From: Octopus sinensis
Taxonomy: Eukaryota
NCBI RefSeq assembly: GCF_006345805.1
Contig: NW_021824473.1
Location: 1 to 18,430, forward strand
Reading direction: 5' to 3'
Length of the DNA: 18,430 bases
Shown: positions 10,086 to 18,430 of the stretch, one piece after another
Position numbering within the stretch: the first letter of the stretch is position 1
Layout of the letters: each line of letters begins with the position of its first letter
The notes under the pieces: generated by a model
Told to the model about the DNA's origin: nothing
Databases searched by the model: none
What the model saw: only the letters and a program-made list of their open reading frames with translations
Position numbers and translations under genes: made by a program

Positions 10086-11574
10086 TAGCCAAAAAATCAA
10101 ACACCGTATGTTTGTATGATGTCAAAAGTTTTCTTTTAGAATGTAATCATATGTGCGTGAGTGAGTGTATACATATGTTTGTATACAGGTTTTTTAAATG
10201 TATGTATTGTGTTTGTATGTCTTCACGTCTTCGTGTGCATAATGACTTTTCCTTGATCGTTCTGCGTATATAGCAGGGATGCGCTCGTGCGTGTGTATGG
10301 CCCTGAATATCTATGTATAAGTTTCTATGCATTCGTTACTTTGCCTCTGAGTATGTTACTGTGTTTATGTGTGTATGCGTATGTGTATGTGCGTGTGCAC
10401 GGGTTTAATGATATGTATGCATGGGTACATATCCTTATCAATACCCGTATGTTGTCACTTTCTGTGCGGGTATAGCGGGTGGTTCACAAGCATCTGTTTA
10501 TATATATGTGTACATGTACATGCGTGTATATTAATTTGTGTTTCTGCCTGTGTGTTTATACAGAACAACGCCTAAGTGCACACCTTACATCTATACCTAT
10601 GTGTGTTGGGTATATAACATATAAGGCTGTGAGTGTGAGTGTGTCTCTGTGTGTGTATATGTGCGTATTGTTTATGCATATGTAGGCATACATATATATA
10701 TATATGTGTATGTGTGTATGTATATTCATGTTCGTGTGTTTATATACACAGAAGTTTGCATGTATGGCTGTGTGTATCTCTCTCTCACTCTCTCACTCAC
10801 TCCTCTCTCTCTCTCTCTCTATCTATATGTATATATAATATGTATGCATGGACACATAAGCAGAACACCCGTATGTATGTCTCACGTTCTGGGCGAGCAT
10901 AGCGGGTGGCATGTCAGCGTATGTATGTATGTATGCATGTATGTATATGTGTGTGTATATGTGTATATGTGTGCATGTAGGCATGTATCCATTTATAATA
11001 GCTAAATGCACAGCATACAATCATAAATATATACATACATATGTATATATTATATATGTATACACACACACACAAACACACACACATACATATATAGATA
11101 TATTATATGCATACATGTTTATATATATATATATATCTGAATATATATATGTATCTATTTGTATATATACATGTATGTATGTGTGTGTGAGAGGATAGTG
11201 TGTGTATATATAAGTGCGTGAGTACCCATGTGGCATCTATCGACTGTAGACCCAGCATGCAGTATAGCCTGGCCTGGACCATATGGTCCAGTAGAGATCG
11301 TGTTTTATTGTTCACCTTCGGCAAGACTCTCACAACCTCTGACTCCCTCCATAAATCGCTTTATCACCCCCTAACAAACAGCAATGTTTCAACACCACCA
11401 CGCCACCCACGTCCATTCGCACGCCGCCTCCCTGTTCCACAGACCTCTTCGTTTCTCTCTCCATGCTGGTCAACAATGGCGGCTTCATTCCCTGTTTTCT
11501 AATGAATTACAAATTAGTCTTTAATTTATTTGACCTCCCACCTCGCACTTGACAACGTCATCACAATGAATGCT

Positions 11575-11800
11575 TCAAAAACCACCACCACCACCACCAT
11601 TAAAAACATCGCAACCATCATCGCCAACATCATCATCTGCATCACCGCCAGCATCATTTAGTTCACCGCTATCACCACTACTACTCCACTACTATCACTG
11701 CCGCTACTACTAACATCACTACCACTACCACCACCACCACCACCATCATCATCACCAACACCAACACTTCGACCATCGCCGCCACCATCAACACCAGCAT
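11575..11800. repeat. Imperfect (CAC/CAT/TAC)n trinucleotide tract
   Basis: Directly visible. Confidence 0.9.
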
Positions 11801-11809
11801 TATTCCAAG

Positions 11810-11940
11810 TGATAATCGGTGAAACCTCAAACAGCAACCTTTCTACTATAGTTTTAAGTCTCTTTCTTCTACGTCCGAAGTTCAATTCCTGCCAAAGCCA
11901 GATCGGTCGTATGGCCACCCCTACAGGGGCAACCCATAAA
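11810..11940 (+). mobile_element. Possible very old SINE core remnant
   Basis: ctacgtccgaagttcaattcctgccaaagcc...cccctacaggggc..cataaa loosely follows the ttacgttctgagttcaaattccgccgagg...ccttcgggggtcgataaa layout. Confidence 0.35.
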
Positions 11941-12074
11941 ACAATATTTAGACATATGTTGGCTTCAGGTCACAGCTGTCTCAACGTATGCATCTCTCGT
12001 TATATATTTCGGTTTGTTTGAACACATACACATACTCACACACAAAAGAACGCATACACACTTATATTGTACGG

Positions 12075-12077
12075 ATA

Positions 12078-12127
<50 letters not shown>

Positions 12128-12148
12128 ATATTATATATATATATAATA

Positions 12149-12182
<34 letters not shown>

Positions 12183-12265
12183 TATATGTATATATATATA
12201 TATATATGTATATAAGGATAGATGTATGTGTACATATGTGTGTGTGTGTGTGTGTGTGGTGTGAG
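12075..12265. repeat. (TA)n/(TG)n microsatellite
   Basis: Directly visible. Confidence 0.95.
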
Positions 12266-12911
12266 TTTGTGATGCGAGTTTGTGTGTTTTGTCGTTATTG
12301 TAGTAAATGCCGTTCTTCTTGGCGTTGATGGGAATGTTACTAATATCCCAGTTCGTTATGTTTGATCTTATTTCGATTTAGTGCAATAAAATAATGGCAC
12401 GTGACGTACGAAGAGAGAGGAAGAGAGGGATAAAAAGTGGTTGAGGGGGGGAGAAGAGAGACTGAAATCGAGACGCATAGAATGTTCGAGAGTGAGAAAG
12501 AGACAGAGCGAATATAAGTTTCAAGAGAATAAGATTATTTGAATCAGAATAGATGTGTGAGTATTTGTGTTGGGGAGGAGTGTTTTATGGAGGGAATTTG
12601 GCAAGTTTACAAGTGTAGGCCGTCTCAGCCAGCCGATGACCGATTTCCTACTTGGGCCGTCCAGGTTATCAAAGGTGTCACTGCTATCACATTTTCCATT
12701 AGATTACCCTGAGATATTGTAATTGATTGTTCCTACCTATTTTCTCTGTTGACTATAAATTAGCACATTCAAACGCTCTCCCCCACACTTATACATACAC
12801 ATAAATATGCACACATACACACTCTCACATATATACATATATGTATAGTAATATGTGTAAAATATACTCACATCTATGCATTTATATGCACGTATATATA
12901 TATATGGGGGG

Positions 12912-13113
12912 GATAAAAGATAGATAATGGAATGAACAGCATTCTTTCTTTAATCACTACAATTGTTTCGACACATTTTTACACTTGAAGGGAATCCGTG
13001 TATCAATGTACTACAGGTGTGAAAATATGTACATTATGTCTAGAAAATGTGCAGAAATAATCCTAGTGCTTTTAAATAAAGAATATTGTTCATTCCCTTT
13101 TCTATCATTTATC
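12912..13113. repeat. Imperfect inverted repeat (foldback) abutting the PLE 5' end
   Basis: The reverse complement of 12912-12978 (aaatgtgtcgaaacaattgtagtgattaaagaaagaatgctgttcattccattatctatcttttatc) aligns with about 13044-13113 (aaatgtgcagaaataatcctagtgcttttaaataaagaatattgttcattcccttttctatcatttatc). Confidence 0.75.
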
Positions 13114-13114
13114 T

Positions 13115-14720
13115 AATTATACACAACCGATTCCTGTCAATAACGAGAACATTAGGTAGCCAATAAGTGTCGACGAGCCTTGCATAGCAAGATAAAATCT
13201 CACTTTTATCTATGTTTATCATGTTTAATTATTTCCTATTTGATGAAACCTACTATGGACAAAACTGGGGAATTGCAATGGGTACGAGAGCAGCCTCTGT
13301 TCTTGCGAACCTAATAATGGGATATTTTGAATTCACCATATATGAGGTGTCACTGCAAAAATATGGACATCCATTTCACTATTATATTAGTAAGAACTGG
13401 AAAAGATATCTGGATGACTGCTTTATCATTTGGAAGGAAACCATTTATAAACTTTTGGAATTTAAATCAATACTAAATTATATAAACTCTGACATTCAAT
13501 TTACAATGGAATATAGCAAAGAACAGCTCCCTTTCGTAAGTATTAGGGTAAAAAAGTGAACAACCAAATTATAACTGACATTTCTCATAAGCCAGCGGAC
13601 TGGAAATGATATCTTCTGTTTCGCTCATGCTACACGAAAAACAGAAGGAATATCCCCTTTAATTTAGCAAAAGGAATTTGCATAATAGATACCCGAGACC
13701 TCTATCTTCAAGACCTCAGCACAACGCTAACTGAGAGACAATACCCACCCTCACTTATGGACGACGAAATTATGCGCGGTAAGAATTTAGGCATTAAAGC
13801 ACTAAAGGAAACAAAACGTAACACTTCATCTCAAAACACTACCGTGTATATATCAATGTACAACCCTAGAAACAATGAGGCATACAGCATTGTTGTACAA
13901 AATCTACCTATGCTCACTATGAATACAAAAATGAACAACATTATGAAAATACATAACTTCATCAAATGCAAAAAGCAACACGAATCGCTGAAACGACTTC
14001 TGACAAATGCGATGCTTTAAACAACAACTACGAAACGAATGGTTAAAAATGTGGACGCCCAAACTGTGGAACATGCCCCAACCTGCTGAAAGGCTTGGAA
14101 TTCCTATTCAAACAAGGAGAGATGTTCACAATAAAATCAACTTCACTTCTGCTTCCGAGAATCTACAACTTATTCAGTTTGTGAATATAACTATATAGGA
14201 CAGACAAGTATGGCACTGAGATGGAGAACCACACTATATAAGGAACAGATCCGTTTCCCACAGTACAGACAGATTCCTTTGAGTGAACATAAAAAGAGAT
14301 GTGCAGGTAATATCCAATTCTAACTTCACAGTTTTCCCTATGTACGAATGCAAAGAAGCAATTTCTGTACAAGAACGTTTGAATAAAGAAAATTTATACA
14401 GAACACACCTAAATATATACGCACAACCACCTTTGGCCTCAGTATATATTTAATTCATGTTCGCATACACATCACTGTAAATATTTCATCTCACTACAAT
14501 AACTTTTCAGTTTTGTATATTTATTTAACCAATCACCCCAAAATGAACAAATTTCAATACACAACATGAACAAAATCTTCCCAAGAAAATACGAAATTAC
14601 AATAATTCCAATGTCATGATTAGCTAAAGTGAAACTGGTCGACAAGCAGGGTACTCTTTCACTTATGGAATTTATTAATAAATATATTAAAACTAATGTA
14701 AATTGTGTATTTTCCTTCAT
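13115..14720 (+). mobile_element. 5'-truncated, frameshifted Penelope-like retroelement (RT + GIY-YIG + 3' pseudo-LTR)
   Basis: RT motifs: QNWGIAMGTRAASVLANLIMGYFE and WKRYLDDCFIIW. Thumb: ITDISHKPAD..YLLFRSC..RNIPFNLAKGIC..ERQYPPSL. Cys linker: CGRPNCGTC at 14050. Endonuclease: NFTSASENL, YIGQTSMALRWRT at 14192, SEHKKRCA, FTVFPMY. Several stops and frameshifts are present. Confidence 0.92.
14612..14644 (+). ncRNA. Minimal type I hammerhead-like motif in the PLE 3' pseudo-LTR (A3-U8 variant)
   Basis: UGUC-AUGAUUA-GC-UAAA-GU-GAAA-C-UG-GUC-GACA gives a 4-bp stem I, a 2-bp stem II, a near-palindromic ACUGGU stem III and a GUC site after 14640. AATAAA follows at 14677. Confidence 0.6.
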
Positions 14721-14809
14721 TTAGTCTCTCTATATTTTTTATATTATAACTCACGACGTGGGGATAATCTAAGTTCTCCTCCCCCTTTTTTCTTACTATA
14801 CACACACAC

Positions 14810-14811
14810 AC

Positions 14812-14862
<51 letters not shown>
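14810..14862. repeat. (TA)n microsatellite
   Basis: Directly visible. Confidence 0.95.
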
Positions 14863-14864
<2 letters not shown>

Positions 14865-15019
14865 CGCATCAGGTCAAGTAAGATAGATAAAAGGAAATTA
14901 AATGCTAAGTTAGGCTCTCTAAATAGTCTTTAAATAACTGACTTAAACTTGGTATTATTTAAGCCTTGTTCTTTGCACTTTTAGAAAGAATAACGCTTAG
15001 TCAAACCAACTGAGCCAGT

Positions 15020-15125
15020 CATTTAAAAACCAATAAACAACCACCAACCTACAAATTAACCAATCAAATTATAACAGCGAATATCTCGGCCGAGAGAAGC
15101 TAAGCCGCCATTTTGTCTCCCATCA
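15020..15125 (+). promoter_or_regulatory. Candidate Pol II promoter-like motif cluster (CCAAT box, palindrome, YY1 motif)
   Basis: aaccaatca at 15058-15066, the palindrome tctcggccgaga at 15084-15095, and gccgccattttg (YY1 consensus) at 15104-15115 sit in a small CpG-containing patch. Motif evidence only. Confidence 0.3.
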
Positions 15126-15685
15126 AATCGTCTTGGCTTGTTTGTTTGTTTGTTTATTTCTTCTGTATTTCTCTTGTTTTAAATTTTCTTCATGTATTCC
15201 TTATTTATTGTTCATCATTTTGTCTTTATTAATGTTTAGATTCTAAAATGTCTATTATCTCATAGTTTCTGCAACTGTTCAAAACATACATCTATGTCTT
15301 TCGTTTCAAACATTAGAGTTAATATTCAAATTATAGCAAATATTTAAAATGATAATAATAACAATGACAGCATCAACAACAGCAACAACATTAACAACCA
15401 CAACTACAATGTTTATAACGGACAATTTTGGTAATTAAAAAGAAATCATTAATTTTATTTTAAAGAAATATTTCACTGTAACTATTATTATGTGAGAAAC
15501 CATTAAAATTTTGTATTCTTACAAGCTCAAGGTCTCATGAAACCATTAGATGTGTCTATATGTTCGTGCGTGCGCGCGCGCGTGTGTGTATGTGAACAGG
15601 CTGGTGTGTATATGTGTGATTATGTCAAAGGTTTTAATACAGTACATGATAATTAGACACATTCAAAGAAAATATTGAGAGTGAC

Positions 15686-15738
15686 TTCGAAAGAGTCTGA
15701 CCAAGGCTAGCGAACCGAAACATTGAAGTCACTCTCGA
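15686..15738 (+). ncRNA. Type I hammerhead-like motif with a G8C core substitution
   Basis: AGAGU-CUGACCA-A-GGCUAGCGAACC-GAAAC-AUUGAA-GUC-ACUCU gives a 5-bp stem I (extended by UCG/CGA after a bulge) and a GUC site after 15730. Confidence 0.6.
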
Positions 15739-15757
15739 CATTTTCACCGTAAAAGTT

Positions 15758-15783
15758 TGATAGATAGACAGACAGACAGATAC

Positions 15784-15865
<82 letters not shown>

Positions 15866-15866
15866 G
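15758..15866. repeat. (ATAG)n/(ACAG)n microsatellite
   Basis: Directly visible. Confidence 0.95.
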
Positions 15867-16032
15867 TGCAAAGATTTGCATATATGTTTATAATTGTTTA
15901 TAATTTTCACATTTAAAGGTATTTTAATATGATGCCACTTTTGATGAAATTTTTTTTGAAAAAAGATTAATCCTGTATTTGTAGTAAATTCATTACCATT
16001 CACTTCGGGACTGGTAATTACTATAAGTTGTG

Positions 16033-16126
16033 GTTCGTGATCGGTCACATGTGTGACGTAAACACACCAGCACCGGTCGTCAGGTGATATTGGGGGGACA
16101 AAGACAGACACACAAACATACACACG

Positions 16127-16168
<42 letters not shown>

Positions 16169-16685
16169 TATGTATATATGTGTATATGCGTGGAGACGCA
16201 ATGGCCCAGTGGTTAGGGCAGCGGACTCGCGGTTGTAGGATTGCGGTTTCGATTCCCAGACCGGGCGTTGTGAGTGTTTATTGAGAGAAAACACCTAAAG
16301 CTCCTCGAGGCTCTGGCAGGGGATGGTGGCGATCCCTGCTGTACTCTTTCGCCACAACTTTTTCTCACTCTTTCTTCTGTTGGCCTGCTCGCTTAGCCAG
16401 AGGGGTGGCATCATTTGAAGACTAAAACAAAGCGAAGCGCATTGCGACCAGCGATGTGTAGCAACATCTGATAGCTTGGTCGGTCACAGTGATCACGGTG
16501 ATATATATATATATATATATACAACGCGTTTCTTTCAATTTCCGTCTACCAAATCCACTCACATCGCTTTGGTCGGCCCAAGGTTATAGTATAAGACACT
16601 TGCCCAAGTTGCCACGCAGTGAGACTGAATCCGAAACCATATGGTTGGCAAGCAAGCTATTTACCACACAGCCACTCCTGCGCCT
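16033..16685 (-). mobile_element. tRNA-derived CORE-like SINE: head/core at 16522-16685, internal (TA)/(TG) linker, 3' part at about 16033-16112; interrupted by another SINE
   Basis: The minus strand reads aggcgcaggagtggctgtgtggtaaatagc...ggattcagtctcactgcgtggcaacttgggcaagtgtctt, with a CORE-like cttgggcaag. The distal part reads tttgtccccccaatatcacctgacgaccggtgctggtgtgtttacgtc. Linking the two parts relies on my recollection of the octopus family consensus. Confidence 0.8.
16192..16502 (+). mobile_element. Full-length tRNA-derived SINE (third family)
   Basis: A-box tggcccagtgg at 16202-16212, B-box ggtttcgattccc at 16245-16257, ~250 bp of non-tRNA body, ending in (AT)n. Confidence 0.85.
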
Positions 16686-16756
16686 AATTACACACATTAA
16701 TAGAGTAACTTTTTGATTTTATTAATTCTTCCTCATTTCTTCATTGCCGCCAAATA

Positions 16757-17785
16757 ACGGATTCTAAACAGAAGCAATGTTCCATTTTTGAGTTCTTAAC
16801 GAACAAAGAATGCAGGGTTTCCAGCATCAAATTAATTAGTGAAATAAACCCATTGACAAGAGCCATGTACACAGAGGACTGAAGAATTTAAAGAAGCAAA
16901 AACTACCATTAATTAAGACAAATGGCATAGTGGCAGACCATCAACCGTGACTACTGATACAGTTTACCAACGTTTGGACGATTTGATTCACTCATACTGA
17001 CGAGTCACGGTCCATGAATTACTGGGCAGTTGGACTGTGAACAAACTGAAGGAGATGGTGGATAACTTTGGTATTGAGAGAATTTGCGCAAAGCAGGTAC
17101 CTCGGCAGGTGGTACCTGATCAAACCTGGTTTGATCGGCTGGAGTCTATTTTTTTCGACCGATCTGGGAACAGATGAAAAGTCGATTTACTTTAGAATTC
17201 GAAAACGGAAACTCAACTCAGTCTATGGAATGAAATCAAATCTCTTCTCCAAAGTCTAAGGAGGTCATGAGCCTGCGACCGATACAAGAAGTTATTACGA
17301 CTGTCCTTTGAAATAAGAGCCTAATTATCATTGATTTTCTAGAACGTTGCAGTAACATGGACAGCGAACATTAATAATGAGACTGTCAGGAAGCTTAGAA
17401 AAGCCATTAGAAAGAAGAAACCGTACAAGAAACGATCGACAAACTTCATAGCAATGTACAACACCACACATCTTTAGTGACAACTTAGGTAATCGATAAA
17501 ATTGTCTGGTCACTTGTCCCCCATTCACCACAGAGCGTGAATTAGGTGATCTTCGACTACCATCTGATTTATCCAATGAGGAATAGTCTTGGGAGACAAC
17601 GATTTGATAACACAGATTAAGTAGAATCGGCTGTAAAACAGTGTAGCTCTGTCTATTTGCAAAAGAGATTCGAAAGTTAGGCTTAGCGATCGGACAAATG
17701 CGTCTCCTGTGAGGGACAGTTTACAAGTAGAACATTTATATAATGGAAGCGGAAAACGGCCACTATATGAAATTCGAATGACCTA
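16757..17785 (+). mobile_element. Decayed near-full-length mariner transposase relic
   Basis: Remnants: DSKQKQCSIFEFL, SGRPSTVTTD, RVTVHEL, ICAKQVPRQ, LGTDEKSIY, IIIDFLER, RKLRKAIRKK, LVPHSPQS..FDYHL..MRNSLGRQRFD, and DKCVSCEGQ. A TIR-like end, attcgaatgacc, lies at about 17771-17782. Confidence 0.85.
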
Positions 17786-17971
17786 TAACAGTTAATAAAA
17801 GAGTTAAGCCTACTTTCAAAATATATTTTGGTAAAACACTTTCTATGAAAAATAGCGCCATTTATCCTTCCGTCATTTTCTACATTTTATCTCTCCAAAC
17901 ATCACTCGTTTTTCGATTCACTTCTTCGACATTTCTTTGTATTTTTCTGCATCAATTCGAGCTCTAGTTCT

Positions 17972-18011
17972 AATTATTATTATTATCAGTATTATTATTA
18001 TTATTATTATC

Positions 18012-18054
<43 letters not shown>

Positions 18055-18056
18055 AG

Positions 18057-18095
<39 letters not shown>

Positions 18096-18238
18096 TTATT
18101 ATTATTATTATTATTATATTAGTTATTACGTTATAGTTTGTTGAGGTATTATTAATAGCGACGTAATTTTCTGTGAATTGTTGATGTGTTTATTAATGTT
18201 TTCTGCATTACCATCAACATCATCATCATCACCATAAA

Positions 18239-18317
<79 letters not shown>

Positions 18318-18340
18318 GTCGCCATCACCACCACAACCAC
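17972..18340. repeat. (ATT)n-(GTA)n-(ATT)n array and an opposite-orientation (AAT)n array
   Basis: Directly visible at 17972-18120 and about 18237-18315. Confidence 0.95.
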
Positions 18341-18430
18341 ACACGTTACTGTCTAGGTAATGCCGTCTTAATACAACTATCCTTTACATTTAAGATAAAA
18401 GCCGAGAATTAGCGGCAATTACTGGAAACA

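Noticed and set aside
12580-12760. Unique-looking island as a possible host exon
   Set aside because: The frames are short and closed, there is no recognisable protein motif, and no convincing acceptor/donor pair.
16192-16265. tRNA gene suggested by A- and B-boxes
   Set aside because: There is no acceptor-stem closure or poly-T terminator, and the sequence continues into a SINE body.
16879-17003. CTGAAGA (16879) and CTGACGA (16997) HHR-core heptamers, plus minus-strand cores near 483, 4800, 5412, 9823 and 16078
   Set aside because: None has a properly spaced stem II-GAAA-NUH with a closing stem I, and most lie inside transposase, LINE or SINE sequence.
17116-17138. Quasi-palindrome gatcaaacc-t-ggtttgatc
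   Set aside because: It lies inside mariner coding remnant and is probably chance or a template-switch mutation.

Overview
Eukaryotic, AT-rich, repeat-saturated non-genic (intronic or intergenic) DNA. It is most likely octopus/cephalopod, inferred from the recalled SINE families and the density of (TA)n, (CA)n, (AAT)n and (ATAG)n microsatellites. No host protein-coding exon can be supported, and almost all ORFs in the supplied track are translations of simple repeats. The window is a graveyard of mobile elements: two Penelope-like element (PLE) relics (about 40-440 and 13115-14720, the latter with RT and GIY-YIG), two decayed mariner transposases, an RTE-like LINE 3' fragment, an RLE-type (R4/Dong-like) LINE 3' fragment sitting in a (CA)n tract, a pogo/Tigger-type MITE, and about 9 tRNA-derived SINE copies, several stacked or nested. 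The most notable signal is a set of five sequence-distinct minimal type I hammerhead-ribozyme (HHR) motifs between 8.2 and 15.7 kb. One is near-perfect inside a ~210-bp structured non-coding element, one has a compensatory A3-U8 core pair at the PLE 3' end, and one is embedded in a competing 21-bp hairpin. All RNA folds were derived by eye and none has been tested.
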